DNA from: a virus
Lineage: Duplodnaviria > Caudoviricetes
Direction: 5' to 3' (one strand)
DNA length: 64,000 nt
IMG/VR virus record: IMGVR_UViG_3300020365_000010
Coordinates: 1-64,000 of that record
Position numbers and translations under genes: made by a program. This document shows, in pieces, positions 16,956-25,838 of this stretch. Every line of letters starts with the position of its first letter. The stretch's first letter is position 1. Below the pieces are notes generated by a model, which did no database searches, had not been told where the DNA came from, and saw nothing but the letters and a program-made list of their open reading frames with translations.

Positions 16956-17464
16956 CTACTAATTCAATGACAAGAGGCGAGAAGTATCTTGCTTTAGTAG
17001 AAGAGTATAAAGATCTTCTAGATATTCCATGGACTGGAAGGAGACTCTACGGATGCTACGAGATCATTCGTAAGTATATGAAATGGAAGCATGATTTGGA
17101 TATGATCGACTTCAATGCTCGTGGAGTAATTCGATTTACTGATGAGGCAATTGAAGAGAGCAATGGTGTGTGGGTCTTCCGTAGTGAGTGGGGAGATGAG
17201 TTAGTGCAATGGGATGACTTGCAAGTAGATGACATCCTAGTCCTCAGATTGTATACCACACCCCTGGGCGGGACGTATTCTGCAGACACAAAGAGTCGTA
17301 TCCCTAACCATGGTGGTGTGTATCTGGGCGATGGATTCATGTTGCACCATCCTTACAATGATGTCTCACAGATTGCAGATCTTTACAATCCTGCGTTTGC
17401 TGTTTATCAGCAGGCATGTGTTGGCGCTCTGAGGCGTAGTGAAATAACCTCTGAGACTACATAA
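16952..17464 (+). CDS. NlpC/P60 family peptidase
   Basis: IPWTG..YGCY (catalytic Cys), PNHGGVYLGDGFMLHH (His, His). Confidence 0.82.
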   Translation: MTTNSMTRGEKYLALVEEYKDLLDIPWTGRRLYGCYEIIRKYMKWKHDLDMIDFNARGVIRFTDEAIEESNGVWVFRSEWGDELVQWDDLQVDDILVLRLYTTPLGGTYSADTKSRIPNHGGVYLGDGFMLHHPYNDVSQIADLYNPAFAVYQQACVGALRRSEITSETT

Positions 17465-17489
17465 AGTAAAACTGAATACCATAACGGTT

Positions 17490-17654
17490 ATGAGCAAGAG
17501 GTATGTGCTAGAAGTAGAAGTAGATGAGCATGGGGAATGTTTTATCACACTCCCCGATGAGATGCTTGAAGAGACTGGATGGGATGTAGGGACTGAGTTA
17601 GATTGGTCTGAGGAGATTGATGGATCTATTATCCTCAAAGAGATACTTGAGTAA
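17490..17654 (+). CDS. AbrB/MazE/SpoVT-like DNA-binding protein (not in ORF track)
   Basis: 54 aa, ITLPDEMLEETGWDVGTELDWSEEIDGSIIL, matching the swapped-hairpin pattern I-x-L-P-x-x-x-x-x-x-x-G-W/L-x-x-G-x-x-L. Confidence 0.7.
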   Translation: MSKRYVLEVEVDEHGECFITLPDEMLEETGWDVGTELDWSEEIDGSIILKEILE

Positions 17655-17684
17655 AAAAATCGTAAAAACCGCGTGGACCTTAAA

Positions 17685-17951
17685 ATGACTAATAGTAATG
17701 AAAATTCCGTCCCACAATTTGAAAGTGACGCAGAGTATTTTGCGTGGGCATTTGAGCAGATTAGTAAGAGCATCAAGAATCTTGCGGATCGTCAAGCGAT
17801 CCTAGAGCAAGCAATTCAAAAGATGCCGCCACCTGGCGCGGATATGGTGAAGTATAAGATTCCAGGTAATGAAGAATACAGTAATCTCAAGGAGTTACTG
17901 GATAATATCTTTGACCGACTAAATACGATTGAAACCGTTAACGGTATATAA
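17685..17951 (+). CDS. Hypothetical protein
   Basis: ATG 17685; TAATG-coupled to the next gene. Confidence 0.72.
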   Translation: MTNSNENSVPQFESDAEYFAWAFEQISKSIKNLADRQAILEQAIQKMPPPGADMVKYKIPGNEEYSNLKELLDNIFDRLNTIETVNGI

Positions 17952-20900
17952 TGGCAGCGTATGTTGAGGAGACTTCTAGGAGTTACCCCAATCCAATATC
18001 ATCTCAAGAGATGGCGACTACTTTTAAGCGACCATCGTCTGGAAAGTATCGCTCTCATGAATCTGCCCCAGGGGTAGGCACAGGCACCGATTATCAAATC
18101 ACCTTCCAAGGTGCGGGTCCTGGGTCATTTCCTCTGGGGAGAGATATTGTACACTATATCGGTGATATCGATCCTCAATGCGTAGGCAACTGTGATGGAG
18201 ATCGTCAAGCGATCTATCGTTTCTGGAGAAGTAATAAAAGAGATCATAAGTATGCAATCACACCCCAACTTCAGAAGAAGGACATGGGTGTTGAGAATGA
18301 AGACTGGGAGAAGGCAGCAGGTGGTTACAGACCCGAGCCTAAGAATGGCAAACCTGTATTCTATTTGCTGCGAGAGCAACTAGACAATACTGTCCCTGTC
18401 AAACTATTCTATTCATACTGGCCTGATAATACATTGCTACACGCTGGGTCTGGTAACCCAGGTGGTATCACAATAGGCAATGGTAAGGGCAAGTATATGG
18501 ACCTGGGTATCATTGGGTATGCCTATGCCTCTCAGGAGAGCGGCACAGTGCCTCTGTATCATTACCGCTATGGTAGCTACGGTGCAAGCAAAGGTAAAGA
18601 CATTGATGACTTCTATACTATCGACCCCTCTCAAGAAGTTGACCTAGGAGGCGGTCCTATACCCCCTAGGAAACCGCGAGAGGGGCGTTGGCAGTATCAG
18701 GGTATCGAATGCTATGTTTATAGTGGAGAGGATCCTAATGCTCCCAAGAGGACATACAGAGACATTGGTAAGATAGGTCCTACTGGTCAGTGTATCAATA
18801 AGCGTAGTTGGTATGCATGGCCTGCTGACGATCAACCATTTAACTGGAGAGTTTATAACAGAGGTGGATATCCTGGTGGTTATCCTAACGGTCCTGCTGG
18901 TGCGACTCCTGGTGTGTTGGGATTTGGTAATCCAGACAACGTAGAGTTGCTTAGTGAAGATGCAAACTTTGAATGGGCATACGGACTCAACGGTGCAATC
19001 AAAGGAGCAGTGCCACGCTTCCTAGGATTTGAGGATAGTTATGACTCACAGTTTTACTATTATCTCTACGACACATCATATCCTTGGAATGGTCCGATCT
19101 TTGGTATTCAGTATGCGCTGAATGATATTCCTTGCTGTCCTAATACTACATGTAATGATGAGAATAGTGAGAGACCTAGACCCTGTTGTATTCCTAACGA
19201 CCACCACTACTCTCATTTCTATGAGATCCGTGAAGATTCTTGGGAAACAACCAAGACACGCATGAGTATCAATGACATCAGCACCAATGGTGTGAAAGAG
19301 TCATTCCAATGTATTGATACTGATAGTCGTCGTATCCTCTTCCGCTATACATCTACCAGTGGTAGTTTCAAGCGAGGAGAGACTCTCAATGGTTGGATCA
19401 TCGGATCCGTAGTTTACTACGGAGATGAGTTGAAGTGTGGACTGATTGAGCTCAATGCTGGCGCAGTAGGTAGCAAATTCTCATATAACCAAACAATCAC
19501 TTCTGCAGATGGCGGCACTGCTGTAGTCCTTGCTGGATATGGTATCCCCAACAAAGGAGCGTTTGCGGGCGTTTATGAATTCCCTAAGCGGATCTCCTAC
19601 TATGAAGTGGAGATTAACCCTAAGGCACTCATCCCTACACGCACACTTGACCTAGCAGAAGCGGAAGCAGTAGTCGATAACAACGGATCGATTACAGAAG
19701 TGATCATGATTGCGGGCGGTAAGGGTTATAAGAATCCAACTGTTGAGGCAATCAACCCCAGAGTCATGGATTCCTACTCCGCTGGTGACTTGTCTAAGTT
19801 TATGCAAGACGGTGTTGTCAAGGGTGATGAGGCAAATATCAGTAATTCATTCCTAACTCCCGACACTTCAAACATTATTGATAATAATGTCCGCGATACC
19901 TTTGAATCTCTTGGTGTGCAGAATGGTGAGATACCCTATGCTACAGATAAGAATGCGGAAAAAATGAAACTCAAGAAAGCAATCTTGGAGATTTCCGAGA
20001 TTACTGAAGATGGGGAGATCATGTCTATCCGTGTTGTTGATGGTGGTGCGGGATATAACCAAGCAGAGCCTCCAACAGTGATGATTGTTGAGCCTGAAAC
20101 GTTTGAATATAAGTCTCCTGAGATTCTGGATGACACGCCAGAGAATACTAGAGACAGAATAACTGACTTGGGTGCAACTTTTGCTAGTAAGTTTGTGGGT
20201 GCTATGGACGCTGAAAGTCATCAGCGCCTCAGTGGATTCATGCAAGGGTCATTTGTTACTGCAACAGCGGGTCCAAAGACATCAGTCGTGGATACTTACC
20301 TCAGAGTCCCTGATAGAGAAGAGGGTGATGAGACAAAGTATTGCTTTGATATTCCACAAAAGTGTATCAGCATTCCTGTTTACGGTCAGTTGTCTTCAGT
20401 CCCCGCTAATTGGGAGTCGTTGTTTACATATACTCAAGCAAATCCTGGTGTTGCCGAATGGTATAACACCAACAGTGGTATTGTTTCTGACGGATTCCGC
20501 AAAGGTGATGCACTACTTGATAACCTGAGTAGTGTCTATGGTGCGTTTGGCGGATCAAACTGTATTGTTTCAGGTCAACCTAAACTCTATAACATCAGAA
20601 GATGGTTTGATATGCCCTGTGCATACCTGGCATCTGGTGGAGGAGAGCAAAAGGCATTTGGTTACTTGGTTTACAAGTATACTGCATCGGAGCAACAGGA
20701 AGCATCATTCCGTGTTTCGATGGAAGTTGAAGGAAAGGTCATAGGATCTATGGGATCCGACTTCATGGATTACTTGGATACCTTCCCCAAACCAAGGATT
20801 ACACCAGCAAGAAAAGTTTCAGGTGGTTACAAGACATGGAGTTGTAGGACTGGCGGTGTTGATGGTAGATGCTATCGCGATCCATCAAACCCTAGTGACA

Positions 20901-21694
20901 TCATCTTTGTGCCTGTGGGTCTGGATGAGAATACATTTGATTACAACCGCAATGGATATTCAGAGTATCAGCAGTTTGCACTTTGGTTAGGAGACAACCT
21001 AACTGGTGGTGGACTGACTTCTGGTAGCACATCGTGGTCATGGGTCGATGATGAGACAACTACAACCACAAATCCTGACGGATCAACGTCATCATCTACC
21101 ACAAGTTACGGTGGCACTACTTCATCTGGATATACTGCATTCACTGTGGACTGTAGTCCTGACCCTGGTAGCACTAATGTGCCTAACCATGATTGTTGGG
21201 ATAAGTATGTGCGTGCCACAGGAGCGCCCTCAGACGCCCCTCTCAACGTTTACTGTGCATATGACAATCAGGGTAACGGACTTCCTGGAGAGCGTTTCTG
21301 GGAGATCACAGGACCCGCTAACGGGACGCAACCTGATGGATATACAACACCAACTGGACCAACAAATCCATTCTGCTCTCAATGCACAGGATCGTCTTTG
21401 TATCCTTCATGGTCCATTGTCTTTGGTGGTGGTCCTCCTGCTTGTGGTCTAGATGATGTGAATGACGCATCTATTGCTATTGACCCTCAGCGTATTTACG
21501 ATCATGGTGATGGTGTAGGTAAGGTTATGCAGATGGGATCGTATGATGGCACCATGCAAGTCAGAAACTGGTTGACTGGTGGCACTATTGCTCTAAGTAG
21601 GACCATCAGGAATTTGGGTAATCCATATTTCGATGAGTGTGATGGCCTAAATGCTTGGAATGCAGGAAACCGTATTAACGACGATATTGTTTAA
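17951..21694 (+). CDS. Large putative virion structural protein (N-terminal DUF5648-like repeats, GGxGY repeats, Cys-rich segments)
   Basis: 1247 aa; AIYRFW..RDHKY, VPLYHY..DDFYT..YQGIECYVY; GGKGY/GGAGY; directly upstream of the PAAR gene. Confidence 0.7.
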   Translation: MAAYVEETSRSYPNPISSQEMATTFKRPSSGKYRSHESAPGVGTGTDYQITFQGAGPGSFPLGRDIVHYIGDIDPQCVGNCDGDRQAIYRFWRSNKRDHKYAITPQLQKKDMGVENEDWEKAAGGYRPEPKNGKPVFYLLREQLDNTVPVKLFYSYWPDNTLLHAGSGNPGGITIGNGKGKYMDLGIIGYAYASQESGTVPLYHYRYGSYGASKGKDIDDFYTIDPSQEVDLGGGPIPPRKPREGRWQYQGIECYVYSGEDPNAPKRTYRDIGKIGPTGQCINKRSWYAWPADDQPFNWRVYNRGGYPGGYPNGPAGATPGVLGFGNPDNVELLSEDANFEWAYGLNGAIKGAVPRFLGFEDSYDSQFYYYLYDTSYPWNGPIFGIQYALNDIPCCPNTTCNDENSERPRPCCIPNDHHYSHFYEIREDSWETTKTRMSINDISTNGVKESFQCIDTDSRRILFRYTSTSGSFKRGETLNGWIIGSVVYYGDELKCGLIELNAGAVGSKFSYNQTITSADGGTAVVLAGYGIPNKGAFAGVYEFPKRISYYEVEINPKALIPTRTLDLAEAEAVVDNNGSITEVIMIAGGKGYKNPTVEAINPRVMDSYSAGDLSKFMQDGVVKGDEANISNSFLTPDTSNIIDNNVRDTFESLGVQNGEIPYATDKNAEKMKLKKAILEISEITEDGEIMSIRVVDGGAGYNQAEPPTVMIVEPETFEYKSPEILDDTPENTRDRITDLGATFASKFVGAMDAESHQRLSGFMQGSFVTATAGPKTSVVDTYLRVPDREEGDETKYCFDIPQKCISIPVYGQLSSVPANWESLFTYTQANPGVAEWYNTNSGIVSDGFRKGDALLDNLSSVYGAFGGSNCIVSGQPKLYNIRRWFDMPCAYLASGGGEQKAFGYLVYKYTASEQQEASFRVSMEVEGKVIGSMGSDFMDYLDTFPKPRITPARKVSGGYKTWSCRTGGVDGRCYRDPSNPSDIIFVPVGLDENTFDYNRNGYSEYQQFALWLGDNLTGGGLTSGSTSWSWVDDETTTTTNPDGSTSSSTTSYGGTTSSGYTAFTVDCSPDPGSTNVPNHDCWDKYVRATGAPSDAPLNVYCAYDNQGNGLPGERFWEITGPANGTQPDGYTTPTGPTNPFCSQCTGSSLYPSWSIVFGGGPPACGLDDVNDASIAIDPQRIYDHGDGVGKVMQMGSYDGTMQVRNWLTGGTIALSRTIRNLGNPYFDECDGLNAWNAGNRINDDIV

Positions 21695-21696
21695 CT

Positions 21697-22230
21697 ATGG
21701 CATATGGATTTCTAAAACCTGTTGCATCACTGAATGGTCTTCCATGCTCTGGACATGGACTTTGTATACCATCCACCATTCACTCTGTACAGGCGTGTGG
21801 CACCCCTCCAATCCCCTACAGCATCGTTATTAAGAATTTTACATGCTGGTGGCCCCCTTTGCCCCTAATTCCGTTGACAGCGATCAACCCATTTAGGGCA
21901 ACTGTGCTGGTAAACATGATTCCGATCATGTTGATGGGTGATGTTTTCATCAATCACCCTGCAGTTTGCTCGAATATCATCATTTACCTGTGCCCTTGTG
22001 GCAAAGCAATCTGTGCAATCCCAACTCCTATCCCATGTAGTCCCCTAACTATTGAAGATATGGGTGTTATTGGACACCCAAGAGTCGTTATGGCAACAAC
22101 TTTGACAGTCTTTGCACTGAAATTGCCTGTTGCACGCATCCTAGACCCCCTCGGAGTCGGATTTCCTGGTTTCTCTTACCCCTGCTCGTCGGTTGTTGCC
22201 TTTGGACACCCCACTGTGCTTGCCTCATGA
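21697..22230 (+). CDS. PAAR-like spike-tip protein (gp5.4-like), Cys-rich
   Basis: TVLVNMIPIMLMGD..HP; LPVARILDPL..CSSVVAFGHPTVL. Confidence 0.72.
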   Translation: MAYGFLKPVASLNGLPCSGHGLCIPSTIHSVQACGTPPIPYSIVIKNFTCWWPPLPLIPLTAINPFRATVLVNMIPIMLMGDVFINHPAVCSNIIIYLCPCGKAICAIPTPIPCSPLTIEDMGVIGHPRVVMATTLTVFALKLPVARILDPLGVGFPGFSYPCSSVVAFGHPTVLAS

Positions 22231-22247
22231 AGCAAATCTGCTATAAT
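22220..22247 (+). promoter_or_regulatory. sigma70-like promoter with extended -10
   Basis: TTGCCT-16-TATAAT with TG-C-TATAAT; GGAGA before ATG 22271. Confidence 0.6.
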
Positions 22248-22270
22248 TAGTAGGTCCACAACGGAGAAAA

Positions 22271-22420
22271 ATGGCAACTCGAAGCAAAGTCGGTATCTCA
22301 GGCACCAATTTCATGCCTGGTAAACCCAAAGCAACTCGACAAGGATCATCTAAAAACACAAAGTATGCCGCGACATCACGAAACAAGGCGAAGAAGAGAT
22401 ACCGTGGTCAAGGACGATAA
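22271..22420 (+). CDS. Small highly basic protein (C-terminal KKRYRGQGR; not in ORF track)
   Basis: 49-aa ORF with SD-like GGAGA; K/R-rich and without acidic residues. Confidence 0.8.
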   Translation: MATRSKVGISGTNFMPGKPKATRQGSSKNTKYAATSRNKAKKRYRGQGR

Positions 22421-22421
22421 G

Positions 22422-22571
22422 GTGAAGACCACGCCCGAGCTGGTAAATGAAGCAAACAACGGACTTTATCATGCAACAATGAATCTCCCACATGCAGCAA
22501 AGCACTGTGGCATGACAGAAAGGGAGATGAAAATGACATTTAGAGAATTCCTTAAATATCAGGAGCAATAA
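22422..22571 (+). CDS. Small hypothetical protein (possible HTH)
   Basis: GTG start after the previous stop; MNLPHAAKHCGMTEREMK. Confidence 0.65.
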   Translation: MKTTPELVNEANNGLYHATMNLPHAAKHCGMTEREMKMTFREFLKYQEQ

Positions 22572-22574
22572 ATT

Positions 22575-23084
22575 ATGAGAGATCTCCTCTTCATCAGTCA
22601 GGATAAGGAAATGGCACTCATCCAAGAGCTGATTTACAAGCTTAGGATGGCAAAACTTGACATTCACCCGTCCAAAACCTGTTTTCTTTGTGTCTCCCCT
22701 GACTATTCAAGCATCGTTGCTCAACATTTGAGTCATGGTTTGTCTATTGATGGGGAGATTTTTCATATTGAGGCAGTAAATGTCAACTTTCCAGACGAAA
22801 GTCCTAAAAAATATCAGATAGATTTCAGTCTTAACTATGCAGAGTGGGTCTTAGAATGGGACAACTTTGTGCTTATCGAAGCAGGAGTGATCCGAGGCGG
22901 CACTTACACCTGGATTACCAAGGCAATGGAAGAGTTTTCAGACAAGAATTACCATACTGTCGCACTTGCTGAGAATATCGGAAGTAAATATGCCTCTGAT
23001 TTTGTTGGAATGTATTATGACGACAGTAAAGAAGACTTACATTACTGGTGGGAGCGCCCAAACAACCACTGGGAATGGCAATAA
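22575..23084 (+). CDS. Phosphoribosyltransferase-fold-like protein
   Basis: FVLIEAGVIRGGT resembles the PRPP-binding loop (hhhhDDhhxTGxT); terminal HYWWE. Confidence 0.45.
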   Translation: MRDLLFISQDKEMALIQELIYKLRMAKLDIHPSKTCFLCVSPDYSSIVAQHLSHGLSIDGEIFHIEAVNVNFPDESPKKYQIDFSLNYAEWVLEWDNFVLIEAGVIRGGTYTWITKAMEEFSDKNYHTVALAENIGSKYASDFVGMYYDDSKEDLHYWWERPNNHWEWQ

Positions 23085-23087
23085 ATA
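23080..23087 (+). promoter_or_regulatory. T4-type late promoter
   Basis: AATAAATA overlapping the stop, upstream of the gp25 operon. Confidence 0.55.
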
Positions 23088-23115
23088 ACCTTATGCACTA
23101 TGCAGGAGACTAACA

Positions 23116-23304
23116 ATGGCTAACAACCCAGTACCTGACCAGGGACAAGATTTCCTGAAGTCTGGGATGACGCTAATAACTGATCCTAGAAGTGATAAAT
23201 ATCTCAACATGGCGCGTAAGCGCCACTCCGATCCACCCAAAGATCGGAATTCAAAATGGTGCGGTGGTAAAAATGGGTTTGACGACTATGTAGAAAGGAT
23301 GTAA
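23116..23304 (+). CDS. Hypothetical protein
   Basis: GGAG SD, 62 aa, TAATG-coupled to gp25. Confidence 0.72.
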   Translation: MANNPVPDQGQDFLKSGMTLITDPRSDKYLNMARKRHSDPPKDRNSKWCGGKNGFDDYVERM

Positions 23305-23717
23305 TGGCATCTTACAGATTCAGATCCGAGAAATACGTCAGTAGAGGATACAAAGACTTGTCTGTTTCATTCAAGTCTAACCCCTCTACTGGCGATTTTG
23401 GCATAGTTAAGAATGAAAATGCGATTAAGCAGGCAGTAAGAAATCTTTTATTGACTGATCTTGGTGAAAGACCCTTCCAACCCAACATTGGATCACGAAT
23501 TAAGGGTCTTTTGTTTGAGCCTTGGGATGTTTTCAGTGCAGATGAGATCAAAGGTGAGATTAAAAACTGCTTGAGTCGTCTAGAACCTAGAATTCAAGTC
23601 ACAAAAGTGACTCTTACTGATGAACCAGATATAAATGCTATTGCAGTTGAGCTTGATTATACCATTGTTGGTGAAACTGTTGTCCAAACTATCGAGTTTC
23701 TCTTAGAGAAGGCATAA
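23304..23717 (+). CDS. gp25: Baseplate wedge subunit / sheath initiator gp25
   Basis: YKDLSVSF, AIKQAVRNLLLTDLGERPFQPNIGS, LEPRI. Confidence 0.92.
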   Translation: MASYRFRSEKYVSRGYKDLSVSFKSNPSTGDFGIVKNENAIKQAVRNLLLTDLGERPFQPNIGSRIKGLLFEPWDVFSADEIKGEIKNCLSRLEPRIQVTKVTLTDEPDINAIAVELDYTIVGETVVQTIEFLLEKA

Positions 23718-23718
23718 A

Positions 23719-25833
23719 ATGTCAGCAATTCCTTCACAACTTACGTCTCTGGACTTCTTTGAGATCAAAGAATCCATTAAATCCTACCTCAGGACTCGGA
23801 AAGAGTTTTCGGATTACGATTTTGAGGGAAGTAGCGCATCGTACCTGATCGATATCCTCGCTTATAACACATATTATACAGCATTCAACGCTAATATGGC
23901 GCTGAATGAGTCATTTCTCGAAACTGCAACCGTCAGAGACAACATTGTCCGCATTGCAAAGCAGTTAAATTACACTCCTAGGTCAATTAAAGCGCCTAAA
24001 GCGTGTATTAAGATCGAAGCACAGACAGAGATCGCTCTAAATGGCACTACATTTCCCGAATTTGCGACTTTGAAGAAGGGAGATGTGTTTGTTGCGGAGA
24101 ATGCACTCGATTCTTTCACATTTACACTCACAAGAGACATCACAGTCCCCGTAAATTCCTCAACTGGACTGGCAACTTTCGATGATGTCGTCATTTATCA
24201 AGGAAATCTGCTCTCATACAACTATACAGTTGATTATACGAAGCAACAAGAGTTTTTGATCCCTGCAGAAAACGTAGATACGGGTCTTCTCAGTGTTGAC
24301 ATCTCTCCAAACGCACAATCTTCGGAAACTGACACCTACAGTCTCGTAAATAACGCGACTGCATTGACAGAAACCTCCAGAATCTACTATTTGGAGGAAA
24401 CAGATGACCTCAGATACCGTTTGATCTTCGGTGATGGCGTTTTGGGGCGCAAATTGATTGATGGTGAATACATCAGACTGGAATATGTGCAAACTGATGG
24501 TGTAGCAGCAAACGGATCGAAGTCATTTAGCTTCATCGGCAACATTATTGACTCTGATGGGCGCGTTTTGCCTACAGCAGGCATGATGCTGCATGTCAAG
24601 GAGTCAGCACAGCAAGGCGAAGATCGCGAAACAGGTCTAAGCATCAAATTTAGAGCACCTAGAGCGTATGCAACGCAAAACCGTGCTGTGACCGAGAATG
24701 ATTATGAGCATATCGTTTCTGAAGTGTATCCTCAAGCAGCATCGGTGACTGCATATGGCGGAGAGAGACTTTCTCCACCAATTTACGGTAAAGTCTTTAT
24801 CGCTATCCGTCCTAAGACAGGCACAAAGCTCAATGCGAGCACAAAAGCGAAAATCAAGAATGATCTGAAGAAGTTTGCGGTTGCATCAATCGAGCCTGTC
24901 ATCGTTGATCCCACTTCTTACTACATTATTCCAAAATCTTACGTTTACTACGACGGAAACGCAACTTCCAATACTGGATCGCAACTTGGCACCAAAGTGT
25001 TGCAGTCAATTGACCAATTTAACAAAGCAGGTCAAACAAACCGCTTCAATAACCGTATTGATGGATCTAAGTTTGGTGCTGTGATCGATAACAGCGATAC
25101 ATCCATTGCTGGTAGCGTAACTCAGATTACTTTGGGTCAAAATCTGGATCAATTCACTTGGGGTAACGTATTTACCCAATGTTTGGACTTTGGTAACAGA
25201 ATTTACGATCCTTCATCCTATGCTGGCGACGAGCCTAAGAATGGAGACGGCACAGACCCCGATGGCAACGTCGGTGGCACAAAATGTGACCCTTCATTCT
25301 CTGTGGTCAAGTCTGGCACATTCTATGCAACTGGTTATACCGAAGATTTGGTAAACCTTGCACTTGACGAATCAACTGGCGCTCAGATCATCACTCCTGC
25401 GTTTAACTCCAACGTTGCAACTGAAGTCCTGGTCCCTGTCAACATCAGAGACGATGGTAAGGGCAACTTGATGCTGGTTACTAAGCGTGATGAGACAGAA
25501 TTGATTCTCAACCCAACCGTTGGCACGGTTGACTACGGATCTGGCAAAGTTTGCGTTGGACCTCTGGCAATTTCGGATACTCCCGACAATATCGAAAGAC
25601 TTCCAATTCAGGTCGTGCCCTACAGTGGATCTATTGACATTCCACCTGGCGTTGACCCCACAATCTTTAATCCTGCGGTTAATCCAATCGACTTTACGAT
25701 TAACACAATCCCTGTCCCCACCTTCGATCCCAACAACTTCTCGGGATACAACTTCGGTCCTACAGGGGGTATAAATATCATTGATTACCCAATGGATTCT
25801 TTCGAGTATCCAGTGCCAGACGGTTGTTTCTGA
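23719..25833 (+). CDS. gp6: Baseplate wedge subunit gp6
   Basis: LDFFEIKESIKSYL..FSDYDFEGS..LIDILAYNT, ESFLETATVRDNIV..AKQLNY, QNRAVTENDY. Confidence 0.93.
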   Translation: MSAIPSQLTSLDFFEIKESIKSYLRTRKEFSDYDFEGSSASYLIDILAYNTYYTAFNANMALNESFLETATVRDNIVRIAKQLNYTPRSIKAPKACIKIEAQTEIALNGTTFPEFATLKKGDVFVAENALDSFTFTLTRDITVPVNSSTGLATFDDVVIYQGNLLSYNYTVDYTKQQEFLIPAENVDTGLLSVDISPNAQSSETDTYSLVNNATALTETSRIYYLEETDDLRYRLIFGDGVLGRKLIDGEYIRLEYVQTDGVAANGSKSFSFIGNIIDSDGRVLPTAGMMLHVKESAQQGEDRETGLSIKFRAPRAYATQNRAVTENDYEHIVSEVYPQAASVTAYGGERLSPPIYGKVFIAIRPKTGTKLNASTKAKIKNDLKKFAVASIEPVIVDPTSYYIIPKSYVYYDGNATSNTGSQLGTKVLQSIDQFNKAGQTNRFNNRIDGSKFGAVIDNSDTSIAGSVTQITLGQNLDQFTWGNVFTQCLDFGNRIYDPSSYAGDEPKNGDGTDPDGNVGGTKCDPSFSVVKSGTFYATGYTEDLVNLALDESTGAQIITPAFNSNVATEVLVPVNIRDDGKGNLMLVTKRDETELILNPTVGTVDYGSGKVCVGPLAISDTPDNIERLPIQVVPYSGSIDIPPGVDPTIFNPAVNPIDFTINTIPVPTFDPNNFSGYNFGPTGGINIIDYPMDSFEYPVPDGCF
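25770..25777 (+). promoter_or_regulatory. T4-type late promoter
   Basis: Exact TATAAATA, 61 nt upstream of the gp7 start. Confidence 0.7.
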
Positions 25834-25838
25834 GATAG

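Noticed and set aside
22365-22421. 5' part of ORF-track gene 22365-22571
   Set aside because: It overlaps the better-supported basic protein 22271-22420 in another frame; GTG 22422 is the more plausible start.
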